The notes below the pieces were generated by a model, which worked only from the letters and a program-made list of their open reading frames with translations, was not told the DNA's origin and searched no databases. From the human T2T-CHM13v2.0 reference genome, Homo sapiens, in assembly GCF_009914755.1 (NCBI RefSeq), contig NC_060928.1: a DNA stretch of 64,000 nucleotides; one strand, 5' to 3'. Positions 13,625-28,337 of the stretch are shown here, one piece after another (the first letter of the stretch is position 1; every line of letters starts with the position of its first letter). A program made the translations under genes and the position numbers.

Positions 13625-14292
13625 CTAATTTAATCCTTTTATAGTTCCCTGAAATAATTTGGTTTCAAGGAGAAAATTCAGGCTTTCAAAGGTTAATCCA
13701 CTTGCCTGAAGCCTCATATATGGCACTTGGTAGAACTGGGATTTGAATGTGGGTATACTCGGTACCAGGTTCTGCCTACTTTATCATTCACCACCTCACT
13801 CTCAGGCCCCTCTGCACCATGTTGAATGGTTCTTTAACTGGGGCCGTTTAACTGGTTGAGAGACTCTGAAAGGAAAGTATTGACAGAAACTCTTAGGAAA
13901 GTAAAAACTCACTCCAAGGACGCATGTCCAAATCAATTGACCAGTCTGTGAAAGAGAGAGGGTCAGTAGACTTTACATTTCCTTGCCCCAATCCATTGTG
14001 ATCCTTTAAATAATCTCAAATGGGATGATTTATCTAAAACCTGAAATTGATCATTTTTCCTTGTTTTTTATAGCTTCAGTTTGAAATTTCACCACGTGAT
14101 AGTCTCGGTTAAGAAATATTCTTCATACTGTTTGTTGACATTATAATAAATGCAAAAATAAGTGTAGCAAGATTGAGAAAAACGTTAAAATTCGATATAT
14201 TTACAATCTACCTGTTCTCTCTTCAAATACATAGAATCACAATGTATATAGAAACTAGTTAAGTCAAATTTAAATGTAAGATTATTAGCCTA

Positions 14293-14863
14293 TGAAGGGA
14301 ATCAGAAAATGTTACTCCAAAATATGTCCTTTGGCATAAGGGTTATTTTCGATTGAAGGCAACTGAAATAGGAGACTCAGGAAAAACTCTCTACCTTCCC
14401 CCTCTCTGCCTCAAGGCAGGGGATAGATGTATGAATTTCTCTTTGTAAAGTATTCCCTTCTGCTCTCCTGTATGAGAAGGATGAAACAACTATAATCACT
14501 GGGCAGAAAGTCGGCACCAGTGGGATTTGTGTAAGAAACCTTACAAATAAGCCTTATATTCCATTAGTTTCCCCTGTATATTTTTCTTCCCACAATTTAC
14601 CACCCTAGAAGCCCAAATCCTTTTTTCTTTGTCTTGTCACTTCACAATTTATCACCCTTTGTTAGGATGATTATATAAGTCCCCAATTCTAAGCACCCCT
14701 TTGAGTTACTCTTCATTGAGTTCTCACATGTATATGTGCTCTGCACGTGTAAATAAACTCTATTAATCTATTTTTCCCATCAATCTGTCCTTTGTCAGTT
14801 TAATTTACAGGGTCCAACTACTAAATCTAAGAAGGAACAGAGAAAGTTTTTTTCACCCCTACA
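14293..14863 (+). mobile_element. ERV1 solo LTR, MER34/MER39 family
   Basis: Starts tgaagggaatcagaaaatgttactccaaaatatg...ttggcataagg, internal aataaa, ends ttttcacccctaca. Confidence 0.75.
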
Positions 14864-15275
14864 TCCATATTCATACAATCTTTTAGGAATCATTTAAAGA
14901 TAAAATAATATATTTTTTAAAAATTTGCAAATGCATAAAAAGGAGGTATAGAGAGCAGAGTTGGCTTGTTTAAGGTCAGGGACTTGGAAGTGGACACAGG
15001 TGGCTTTGAATCCTCTAGCTTTTCATAATCCTTGACTTGCTTAGTATAGGAAAAATCAGGATGATACACTGAAAAGTTAAAAAGAAGTAAAATTCTAGAA
15101 GGAAAATTTCTTCTCTCAGTCAATAGAAGCTAAGAGAAGCAAGCCATCAGGATGGTTGGCATTATCCGGAAGGTTGCATTGAAGAGAGAAACCTAATCTA
15201 GGTCATTGAAAATGAGTTTGGAGAGGAGCAGTGACTTTCCCAGGAACATAAATGGGCACACACAAAGACAGCATT

Positions 15276-15567
15276 GGCCAGGCACTGTGACTCATGCCTG
15301 TAATCCTAGCACTTTGGGAGGTTGAGGTGGGTAGATCGCTTGAGTTCACAAGTTCAAGACCAGCCCGGGCAACATGGAGAAACCCTATCTCTACAAAAAT
15401 TGCAAAAGTTAGCTCGGCATGGTGACATGGGCCTGTAGTCTCAGCTACTTGGGGAGCTGAGGTGGGAGGATTGCTTGAACCTAAGAGGCAGAGGCTGCCC
15501 GTGCCACTGCACTCCAGCCTGGGCAACAGAATGAGACCCTGTCTCAAAAACAAAACAAAAACAAAAC
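15276..15567 (+). mobile_element. AluJ (Jb-like) with a small right-arm deletion
   Basis: gatcgcttgag, ggaggattgcttgaacc; TSD aaagacagcatt. Confidence 0.9.
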
Positions 15568-16489
15568 AAAAGACAGCATTCACGACAGTGGTAAAGCCAG
15601 ATTGAGACCTCCAAGCCAGGCGAGAAAAATGAGATTGGATAGTTGGTGAAAGATGCCACTTAACATCAGGACTTGATGGGGCAAGTAACAAAGACAAGGT
15701 CAGTGTATGACCCTTCATGTCTCTTCACACTGTAAGATTTTCTCACCAAAATGATGAAAGTTATCTACCCGCAGGTGCCCTCTACTCTACCCTCAACATC
15801 ACCTCCACATTAAAGTATATCAAGCCTTTCTATCTTGGGGTTTCTCAATTACTTTGAAAATTCCTAAATGTTCTCCAGATGAACTTTCTGCTCAAACATG
15901 ATCAGACTCAAGCAGTTTCACTTAGCTGAAGGCTCATTCTGAAAGGTTAGTAAATGTGTCTTGAATGGACTTCTTTAAAATATGTATATGGATGTCCATT
16001 AAACTATTAAGTACCACAGCCTTCTGTTTTGAATGCCCTATTGAATCCACAAGGTCGATTGGATTTTCAAATAGAAAGCTGAGGGAAAAAACTACCTTCC
16101 ATCCTAAGACACTTCCAGCAATATTGCACTAATGTATCTTGAAAATAGTCCTCATGAATCTTATGATCAAAGCATGTATAGTATGTAATCTTCACATAAA
16201 CAAATGAGTAGACTATTTGGAAGTCCAACCAGAAAACTTGCATTAGAATATAAGCTTTCCTTAGTAGGATTTATGACATTTTTGCCATAATTTCTTTTTC
16301 CCAGCCTTTGTGGCCTAACCTGAATGAGTTCCTGGGTTTACCCATTTAATCCAGTATGCAATTTGTGGCTCTCCTGTCATATCCCTTTTGATGTAATCTC
16401 TCTGTAATAGGTGTCTGTCACATCCCACCACACTGGGCTGGCTTTAAGGCCGTGATTCTCCAGGATAATAATGATCATTATCCCTTTTA

Positions 16490-16745
16490 TATATTATAGT
16501 TTGTAGTACAATAATACTGAATTCCTACCACGTGACACACAGTGTGCTGTGTGCATTACATAAACTGTCTCATTGAGTTGTCGCAATATCTCAATAGAAT
16601 AACTAATCATTAACCCCATTATATAGATCAGAATGCTGAGATGCAAAAGCTTAAGTAACTTGCCCAAAACTACAGTGTTAGCAGTTGAGGAGCTGGGACT
16701 TGACTTCAAGAATTCTCACTCAAGAGCCAGGGTTCTTACATTGGA
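16490..16745 (-). mobile_element. MIR SINE
   Basis: cccattatatagatcagaatgctgag...ttaagtaacttgcccaa...gagctgggacttgac. Confidence 0.7.
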
Positions 16746-16954
16746 GGGGAAGTATGTGTCAAAGTCATCATTTTTGTTTTGTTTTATTTTATTTTTTACT
16801 GTGGCCCCATTACACAAAGAGACACAAGATTTAAAATGCGAATGACCTTCAGAAAAGTAGGATGTGACGTTAACCTCATAGTGAAGTGTAAATATTCAGT
16901 AACTAGTTCTTTCCTGGGAACAAGGTTAAGAGAGCAATGAAAACACAAATGAGA

Positions 16955-17060
16955 TGAGGGAAGGAGCTCGGGATAGAGGTGAGAGGAAGGAGAAAAGATG
17001 AAGGGAAGGGAGAAGAGAGGAAGAAAAGGGAAAGCGAGAAATGAGAAAGAGAAGAAACAG
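16955..17060 (+). repeat. GA-rich low-complexity tract
   Basis: Nearly purine-only run. Confidence 0.7.
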
Positions 17061-17687
17061 GCAATTCTTTACTCCAGGCACTGAGAAATCTGAGGATACA
17101 TAGATGAATGGGGCCTGTGTTCTGTTTGTGAGATTCTCATAGATGGCCAGGGAGACGTGATCTAAAATGAATAAAAGAGGGCTCCAGGAAAGGGCCGATC
17201 AAGGGGCTATTTCTCCTTCAATTAATCCTACCTCCGTGGTCCACCAGTCTATGCGTCTCTTATAACTAGAAATACAGAATATCTCATCAGCTTCATTTTC
17301 TCAGCCACAGCTTCAGATGACCTTGGAAATGGAACAAGTGGTTTTAAAAGTATGACAAATGGCATCTCCATGGATGTTGTAGCCATGGCTGGGGCTTGGT
17401 CCTACTTCTAGGTCTGTTCCTAGGCCCTGTCATACCTTCCTGCTCATTTGGGCCAGGGCCTTGCTGCCATAGATATACCACTTCATCAGCTTGATCCTCC
17501 CAGTTCTTGGGCACGAGATTCCAGAGACTGACTTGGGTGTCCTCAGAGCTGCGTAAGCTCATTTCTTGCACCACAACAGTACTTGGGAAACAGAACCCAG
17601 CAGGCTTTGGCTTAAATGCTTTCCAATTCTGAAGAGAAACTGAATGAATATTTTTAGCATATTTTGTTGTATAGGAGTTGTAGAGAC

Positions 17688-18083
17688 TGTGTTAGTCCGT
17701 TCTCATACTACTATGAAGAAATACTCGAGACTGGGTAATTTATGAAGGAAAGAGGTTTACTTGACTCACACTTCCTCATTGCTGGGGAAATTCCCATGGC
17801 CTCAGGAAATTTACAATTATGGCAGAGGGCAAAGGAGAAGCAGGCACTTTCTTCACAGGGTGGCAGGATGGAGTGGGTGCAAGCAGGGGAAATGTCCGTC
17901 ACTTGTAAAACCATCACATTTCATGAGAACTCACTCATTATCATGAGAACAGCATGGGGGAAACCACTTCTATGATCCAATTACCTCCACCTGGTCCCGC
18001 CCTTGACATGTGGGGATTATGGAAATTATGGGGATTACAATTCAAGATGAGATTTTGGGTGGGAACACAGCCAAACCATATCA
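17688..18083 (-). mobile_element. THE1 (THE1C/D) MaLR solo LTR
   Basis: tgtgttagtccgttctca...gagactgggtaatttat...acacagccaaaccatatca. Confidence 0.9.
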
Positions 18084-18237
18084 AGATTATATGGAAAGAA
18101 TATTTCATATAGTTCCCAAAACTCTCCTCCCCAAATAATTCCATGTGCTTTCTCCTGTCTCCCTCCCTTTCTGCCTCTCCCCCACCCCACATACAATTAT
18201 CACCCGGATCGGATCATTTTCCTTATCTATGAGATTA

Positions 18238-18705
<468 letters not shown>

Positions 18706-19306
18706 TCACTCTCTAAGGGCTACCTATCTGAGGTCATGGCACAGGACTGGGAGCCAGACATGTAGCCTGGTTTTTGGACCATTAGTCCAGTTCTCTTTCC
18801 ACTGCAACAGGGTATGAAGATGTCTATATAATAGCTAAGTTACAAGCAAAAAGGGAATATGCACTATAGAAGAGATTTCTTATAGTGAGAAGATCAGGAA
18901 AATCCCAGAGAAAGAGAAGACATATGAACTGGTCATGAAGGCCAGGATTAATATGACCTGTGTCCATATTACTGTTCATGAATGCAAACTCTTGCTAGTG
19001 CTCCCTAAATCAGAAGCATCTATGAATAGCTTCCAAGATTCATTGTAACCCAGCAATCAGTGAAGCTAGGGGTCACATCCCAATGAATCACTTTGACAAA
19101 AGGGACTAAGCCCTCTTAAAAGAAGTAGAGGAAGAAGAAAAGTTTCCCCTACCTCAGCTTCAAATACAGAGGCCCAGAGAACTGGAAACAAAATCATTCT
19201 TCTGGGAATGAGTTTTCCTAGAACTCACAGTCAGTGTTGCAGCTTATGTGCCTGAGATTGCTTATTTTCTGTTATTGTACCCATTACTATAATGCTGAAA
19301 TCAGTT

Positions 19307-19824
19307 TGTATTTGTTTCCCGTTGCTGCTATAGTAAATTACCACAAGCCTGGTGGCTAAAACTGACACAAATTTATTATGTTACGGTTCTGGAAGTCAGA
19401 AGTTTGAAATGGTTCTCATTGGGCTTAAATCAAGGTGTTGGCAGGACCACGTTCCTATTGGAGGATCTAGGAGGGAATCAATTTTCTTGCCTTTTCCAGC
19501 TTCTAGAGGCTGCCTGCATATCTTGGCTTGTGGCCCCTTCCATTGTTAGTGCCAGCAATGACCATTTGAGTCTTTCTCACATTCCATTGCTCTGACACTG
19601 ACCCATCTACCTCCCTCTTTCTTTTATCCTTGTGATTACATTGGGCCCACCTAAATAATCCACCATACAATTCTTATTTTAAGGACATCTGATGAGCAAC
19701 CTTAATTTCATTCACAATACTGATTACCTTGTGTCACATAACCCAAAATAACACAAATTTACTATTTCACAATTCCTGGGTTTAGGATATGGCCATCTTT
19801 GGGGTTTTTATTCTGCCTACTATA
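19307..19824 (-). mobile_element. MLT1D-like MaLR LTR
   Basis: aaattaccacaa...ccttttccagcttctagaggctgcctgca...gtgattacattgggcccacc...attctgcctac. Confidence 0.8.
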
Positions 19825-20869
19825 TAGATGTAATATATTAGTTATTTTTAACAGGAAACACTCTTTAAGAAGAAAAAAGATAACATAAACTGAAGCTCAC
19901 GAAGACAGAGTCCACTTTATTAGGAACAAACTAGTTGAGGTAAGTGCATGTGAGTGTGAGAATGAGTGTGTGTGTTTTATTTTTAACATACAGAAAAAGA
20001 ACTTTGTCTTTGAGAAGGAAAGGGCAGCTTTAATTAGCATTCCTATTTCTGAACTAATTGTCACAGAGAAAGGACTTTGAGGAAAGTACATTTCAAAATA
20101 TTAAAAAGGGAACACTAAACAATTTAGAGTGTATAAACTAATGATCAGACCGAGGGACACTCTCCTTTCATTTTAGGTGCAAGCCCAGACATGAACTAGG
20201 AGTTACAGGGATAGAACCCTACAGTACCCAGAACTGGGATGTGTTCTTCCCACAAAGAATGTCCTAGAGGATTACAAAAGAAAAGAGAGGAGAAACTACT
20301 GCATAAGTAGAGAAAGGCATTCGCATGTTATCAGTCCCATCAGCTAATTCAGCCTTCTTAGGATGGATAAAACCAAAAATGAACTAAACTCTTCAGCTAC
20401 TGAGTTTTTCATTTTTAGTTCAAGTGTGCAATGCTCTGAACATGAGAAAGCCATAGAGCATGACTTTCAAAGACATGGTAGCAATTAAACTCTAGGAAAT
20501 GGGGGGCTTTATCCTTTGAAGAGCCATAAGACACTTTCTCCTAACACTGCCTTTAAATGTGCTTGCATCTTATACATTTCAGTTAAAAATCAGCTCTAAC
20601 CCCTTCTGAATGTCTACTTTTATTCATGATTTTCCTGGAGTAAGTTTACCTATATTTACACTTTTCCAGGCTTTCTCTCACTTGTTCTTTACCGTAGGCT
20701 ATTTTAAAATGAGAAAACTGAGACTAAAAAGGTTTGCATGATCTGAAATCAAAAATGGCTGCAAAACAGGGTTAAAAACAGGCATTCTGGCTCCATGCCA
20801 ATTTTAGATTTTTTTTCTTTTCTAGTCTTATAGAGATCTTTTTCTCTGTTGGGTGCTGTGGGAAGTGCT

Positions 20870-21160
20870 TTATATCAGCGACTTATAAAATGGGGATAAT
20901 AAAAGCATCTATCTCACAGTGCTGTCAGGGGCAATGAATGCGTTAATGTAGTTAAAGCATTCATTGCAGGCACAAAGCAAACACTCTGTTTCTAAAAGTA
21001 ATTATTTTTTTAGTAGCCATCTCTGAGGTATTTCGATTATTATGCCCATTTGACCAATAAACTGTGATCCAGAATGGTTAAGACACTTGTTACAAAGCTG
21101 GTAAGTGAAGCTGGAACTCAGTCCTGCTATGAGAACCCGTTCCCATTTGCACAAGCCACA
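20870..21160. mobile_element. Tail-to-tail MIR fragments
   Basis: taaaatggggataataaaagcatct (+) then cccatttgacc...gctggaactca (-). Confidence 0.55.
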
Positions 21161-21704
21161 CTCACATTGCCTCTCTGGTTTCAAAGAACCACTCTCAGTC
21201 ACTCAGCTAGTTCTTGGCTTCCAAGCAAGGCAGAGCCTAAACTAACTGAGCTGTATTATTATACTTCATCTGTTTGACAAGATCCTCAGATTTCGATGCC
21301 ATCGCTCAGTAATCTCTTCTTTATCTGAGGACTTTGACCTTTGCATAATTTCCACCTCACTGCATTCGTGCAAAAAAATGTTGACACCGGTTATGTACCA
21401 TGCAAAATATGCAAGGGACTGTGGGGCATGAAGGGTGTGAGGAAGCTTACAGCCCAGAAGAAAAGGGAAGGAATGCACATAAGTTACTAAGTCCAAGGAA
21501 AAACATTAGTGTCCATGAGAAAATGCGTTTAAAGTGTGGTAGGATTTCAGGGGCAGGAGAGGAGTAAGAAAGTGGAAGGGTGATGTTAGTCAGGGAGTGT
21601 TGCATGGAGTCTGAGCTTGACCATGAGTGGCAGCTCAATCATTCCTTTAATGAGTCAATTAACAACACTTATGTCTGCTATATGCTAGAATATGCAAGAC
21701 CCTA

Positions 21705-22520
21705 AACAAATCCAATCAACAAATCCCATTGGTTCCACCTCCAAAGTACATTCTGTATCTGACCAATTCTCACTAACCCTGCTAACATAGCCGTAGGCCC
21801 AAGCCACCACTCAGCAAACTCCTGTCTAATTTTGTTACTTTCGCTCTCACACCCCTAAGGTCTATTTTTACACAGCAGCCAGATTAAAGAGCATATCTTT
21901 CATATAATTTCCCTGCTTACAGTCCCTCAATAGCTGTCCATTATATTCGGGATAACATTCAAACTTCTCGCTGTGTTTTGAGTCCTCTTGGATCTCAATT
22001 CAGACCAATGTAATCCTGTCCCACACCTCCTCATCACAGTTCTCTGCCCACATAGTCTTTCGATTTATTAAATAAACTAAGACTATCCCTGCCACTGGTC
22101 TTTGTACTTTGTGATCCCCATGTGATGTTCTTTACCCCAAGATTGTCCCCTTATTTCTTAGACTGTCTCCTTATTCTTTTCTCTTTCTTGCCACTCACTT
22201 CTAGGCTCAAATGCTGTCTTCTCAGAGAGGCCTTTCCTGACCACACTATCAGAAGGATTCTGTGTTTTTGTCACCACTCCCTGGTTCCTCTTGATCAAAT
22301 TGCTGTTTTTTTATTTAATTTTCTCCGTAGCACTCACCAACCTCCCTGAACTTCTTTTTTTTAAATGCCTCTTAGCACGTTCATTTCCTATCTCATCCCA
22401 CTTGTGTAGATGCTCCTCACATGTGGGCCCTTTACCGACCTCATTCATCTCACTGTCTCCAGGAACTAGGAGAGAGATTGTCAGTTACAGGCTTTCTATA
22501 ATGATTTGTTGAATGAATGA
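21705..22520 (+). mobile_element. L2 LINE 3' region
   Basis: ggctcaaatgctgtcttctcagagaggcctttcctgacc...atttgttgaatgaatg. Confidence 0.7.
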
Positions 22521-23870
22521 TGGCATAAGACAGGGTTCTTTCCTCACGCAGGCATTTGAATCTCATGAAGTGCATCAGCAAAATCATAATCAGAGACTGG
22601 CAAGTAATTTTATTAAGTAGTGCAGTGGGTTCAAGGGAGAATTCATTAGACTAGGATGGGGGGAAAACTACGAAGACCTGCAAATATCTATAAGAGAGTG
22701 GAATGAGGAAGATTTAATGATCATTTCAGGCAGTTGACAGGCATGATCATGGCAGTATCTGGTCCGTTTCATCTGGTAATAGCGCAAATAAAAGCAACCA
22801 CAACCATGAAAGAAAAGAGAAAGGAAACAAGAGACAGGAAAACCAGTGAGTAGGCTGTTGTAATGGTCTATACCAGATGTCCTATCAGTGGGCAGAAAGG
22901 GACTGGACACAGAAACCAGCAAAGCTGCAAAGCTGAACCCAGCAGAGCATGGTAGCGTATGTGAAGGCTGAGGCTTCACATGTCCTCAGAGGCTGAGGAC
23001 AGGAGGTATCAAAGGTGATCTTAACTGATGGTGAAACATGTTGGACGTATTCTTCAACATTTCACTGGCTCTGACTAGTGAAATAATTAAAAGGTATTGT
23101 AGGGAATCTGGGATAACTCATTAACACGAAGAAAGAACTGCACAACCAAGACTTAGGAAGGGCTGGGAAAGAGGACGCTGTGAATGACCTGCAGCAGGAA
23201 CTTGCTGACCTCTACCTGAGAGGGCTGCCCTTAGCATGCTTCTCTCTGGGTGTTCTTGACCATGGCATCTACCCAACTCCCAGTCTTCAAGTTTCAAACA
23301 TCAACGAGGAAGATTCTGTATGTAGGTCAGACGAATGCCGTTGGATCAATCTGTTATTGTCTGGATCAATCTATTATTGCCAAGTACAAAAGAGCACTAG
23401 GGACCCGCTCCTAATGACTGGGGTCCTTTTAGGACAAAGAAAACTCTTGAAGGGCCATACAGCTGCTTCAAGTCACCTCGGGTGAAATTGAAAACAGGAA
23501 CGTGTAGAGAGGTGAAGATAATTGAATTTTTGATAAAGTTGTTCTTGAGAAACCATCAGGTAATCCAGGTAGAGCTGTTAAGCTGATAACTTAAAATGTG
23601 GAGCTATGCCTTGGGAAGAGGGCCAGAGTGAGAGAGAAGATAATCTGGGATTCATCCACATAAAGGAGATAATTGAAGTGACAGTAGTGAATGAGATATT
23701 CAGGGAAGAGAGATAGAAAGAGAAAAGAGCAAATAATCAACCTTCCAGAAGAAAGGGTAGCCAACAGTGCCAGAGCAGGATTAGTAAGTGAGATGTAAGG
23801 AGAACCTAGAAAGTAATGTTTCATGGGAGTCAAGAGAAGAGAGAGCATCAGAGACGCTGGATCATTGAGT
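22520..23870 (-). mobile_element. Degenerate antisense L2 fragments, possible old MaLR LTR insert at ~23095-23480
   Basis: ggaaaaccagtgagtaggctgttgtaatggtc; gataatctgggattcatccacataaagg. Confidence 0.45.
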
Positions 23871-24449
23871 TCACTGTAGAAGCCCTATCAATCCCAAGTG
23901 AAAGTTTCGTCCCAGCACCAATTAGCTTTAGGCAAGTGTGTGTACAGGGGCCATTTCTATGTGTGTGTACATGTCCAGAGGACTGAAGGGCAGGGGTGGA
24001 ATATAAAAGATAATAGTTAAAAAGATTTCAACCATAACATGTGATCTACAATAAAAGTCTATAGCCACACTATTGATTACCTATAAGGGAAAACTTCCAT
24101 AAGGCAACTAGACTTTGCTTTTACATTATTTTGACAAGGTTCATGAATAGATAAGAGAAAGTAGATCTGAGGTCCATTGGTCTACTGAAGTTGTCTTCAA
24201 GTCTGAAAGAGTGAAGGGCTGAAATTTTAATTCACATCTCATTCCTTTTAATAGTCTGGCTTAAAAATAAGAAAACACTTGTCTCTTCATCAGTGGCAGA
24301 AGATGAGGACAGGGTCATAGATCTGAATAAGGATAATAGTTCTTTGCAAAGAAGTACTCCAAATGGAGGATGACTCAATGTCTTGACACCAGTGAGAATA
24401 AATTGCACAGTCGGTGCACTTAATTGTAAAGTTCTTATGCTTTTTTATT

Positions 24450-25370
24450 CAATCCAAGACAATTCAACAAGTATTATTGAGCATCCAGTAAGTGCCCAAC
24501 ATTGATGCAGGAGTTGGGAATATGATAGGTACAAATGAGCCAGCTCTTCTTTCTTGGAGCCTACAGTCAAATGGGAAATGCAGAAAAATAAAGAGGCAGT
24601 TATTAAATATTATAGTGAGAGCAAAGGTGGTTTCATCCTGGGAGCTCATTTCACAGACACTTAACTCACTCTTCATTCTAGACAGGTTTTCTGACAAAAA
24701 GACATCATCTGAACAGAGCTCTTAAGTATGAGCAGGGTCAGACAAAGATAGGAAAAATCTGTTACTTATAGAGCAAACAGTGGTTTCAACAGCTTGGAAC
24801 CTAGAGGGAGATCATACTTCATCTTAGACATAGGCAAGAGCTCAGTTTCCTGAGTGAGTGTGTTTGGGTAGGAATAACACAAAGTTGATGAATTAGACAG
24901 GAATAAATCATATTTCAAGATACAGGGCTATTAACGTAAACAGGACACAGATCACGAAGGGTCTTTAGAGCACCCAAAAAAGAGGGTTTTTGTTGTGGTG
25001 GTGTTTTTTTTTTTGTTTGTTTTTTGTTTTTTTTTTTTTTTTTTATCTTGAGAGCATGAGAGAGCCACTAAAAGGCTATAAACAGAGGCACACAGCATCA
25101 AATGTGTCCTTCAGAACGATCACCGTGGTTGCTGTGTGGACAAGTGATTGAGGGTTTGGGGGAAGAGGGTGGCTGGTCTAAAGGTAAAGGGACTAATTAA
25201 GAGGCTGTTTCAGAAATTCAGGGACAGATGATTTAGGAATGTGGCAAACTGACTGGAGAGACTTGAATGGATGTGACAGATACAGACGTGATGAAATCTA
25301 TAGATATTGAAAACCAATGAACCACTAGGGCTGGAGAGGAAAAGAGTACAAGATGATATTCAAGTTTTCA
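24450..25370 (-). mobile_element. L2 LINE
   Basis: attcaacaagtattattgagcatcc...ggagcctacagtc...gaggctgtttcagaaattcagg. Confidence 0.6.
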
Positions 25371-25789
25371 GAAAAAAAAATACCATTTCTAGTTGAAAAT
25401 TAAGAGGTTATTTGCAAAACTAATTACAGTATAAAAGACTAACAAAGTGTGCAAAGCTCTGAAACAAGAAGGAAACAGAACATGCACGTTGCAACTTAGA
25501 ATTTTCTGGTAGAGGCAACTTAACCTTCCCAGAGTATTCATCTCCACGTTTGGGGCATCCAGCCATTGCCAAGGAAGGGCGGAAAAAAAAGAATTGAGAA
25601 TATGTGCCATGTGAGTGTTTGTTCATGACCATTTAAAATCAGATGCTTCTGCAGTGTAGACCCTTCCTACGTCCCTTGTCTTAGAATGGTGAATTTTCCA
25701 GGTAGGCATATACCATCGATTCCAGCAGGTGCTAAGCAGATGGATCTGCAGCTAACATGCAAATGATTAGCAAAAAATTTGGCTAATTC

Positions 25790-26720
<931 letters not shown>

Positions 26721-27214
26721 TGCTGAAATATCTACCGAAAGCAACAAACATTTACCTTCATGAATACACATGGTTTCCCCTTAATTAACATACATAGATA
26801 CAATACATCACCCTTAAATATTTTGTATTGTTATGTTAATAGAGAAAAAAGTTCAATTTCCCCTTGGGAGAAAACACTATGAAATTGCTTAATTGCTTAT
26901 GAAGAAACTGAAAATGTAATAAGTAACTAAAGTTCTAAAAAAATTTGAGTGACCACAAAACCCCTTTAACCTGCCCTCCAAGTGGGTCCTGAAATGGAAA
27001 GCTCTTAATGTTTATTTGGGTGATAAGATGGATTTGGCCAGTTCATTTTGGATTTGAACTGGGCGAGGCTGAATTGCCCTGCCTAATAGAGGAAGGTGGG
27101 ATTTGAAGTGGCCTACCTCCTCCTGTTTCCTGGGTGGAGCTGACTTGGTTCTGTGGATGAAAAAAGGGATGAAAATGAAGAAACAGGAACCAGAGAATGC
27201 ACTCTCCTTAAGCA

Positions 27215-27445
27215 ATGACAACAGTAATTTATTGAGTGCCTACTCTGTTAAAGATACGGTAGCAGAGTCCTCACATATATTATCCCACTTAACTGTCACA
27301 AGGACTCTGTTAGGTGTATATTATCTGCACTTAGCAGATAAGGAAATTGAGAGAAGTTCAAAGTGCTTTCGTTTTTGCACACAATTTATTGGTGCTGGGA
27401 TTGAATCTAATCTGACTGCTGTAAGACCCTCTTTCTCCACCAAAT
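27215..27445 (-). mobile_element. MIR SINE
   Basis: atttattgagtgcctactctg...gcagataaggaaattgag. Confidence 0.65.
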
Positions 27446-28166
27446 GACGTTTATTTGTTCTTGGAACCTCTCGTTCCTTCTCACCACAAAGTAGAAGGCA
27501 TTTTTCTTCAGAAATAACTTTAGGAATAATAATTTTGTTTCCAGTAAGTTCATTAAAACCCTTTGTAACTTATAATACAGTTGAAAGGCCAACATTGTTT
27601 CTAGGAAATGTGAGCTGGGAGCTTTAAACTGCAGACTTAACAAGTCAACTTTGTTATAGTCTGTTTCCCTCTTCTTAGAGGAGATAAATAGGCAGCACTG
27701 TTCAATTACTCAAACTCATTCTGTGTTTCATCTTTCCAGATAGCATTTAGCCTTGCTTTATTTTTTCCCACCATTGAAGTACAAAAGCTGCCTGGTTTTT
27801 CACTGCACAAAGTAAATGATGAGCCCGGAGCCAATTTCTCATCTCAGACACTGCAGTTTTCAATGTGCATTCTGAAAGCTTTGAATATGACTATAAACAC
27901 ATCAACCAAAACAAACTGTAATTTTTATAAAATAAGCCTCAGAGTATGTTTTGCTGAAACTTAACACCTTTTGTCTAAGGGAAAAAGCAGAAAAGGCAGT
28001 AAGAGCAGAATACTCGTACTCCATTCACTGGCAGTGCTGAATCCCATGTAAAATCTGGTAGTGCATAATCAAGACATATGGCCTCATCTTTCTTTGCCAC
28101 TTCCCAGGAGTGAGGTGTTTAAGAAAACTGAGAACTCTTCCTGGCCAATTCAGAACGGGGTTGTCT

Positions 28167-28337
28167 GCAGCAATGCTGTTCGAAGTGTGGCATCAGCAAT
28201 ACGTGGGAGAGTGTTAAAAATGCAAATTCTCGGGCCCACCCCAGACCTACTCAATCAGAATCTCTGGGGTGGGTGCAGCAATCTGTTTTACAAGTACTCT
28301 GGATGATTGCGATGCAAGCTCAAGTTTGGGAAGTATA
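28167..28337. mobile_element. MER5A
   Basis: aaatgcaaattctcgggcccaccccagacctactcaatcagaatctctggggtggg. Confidence 0.85.
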
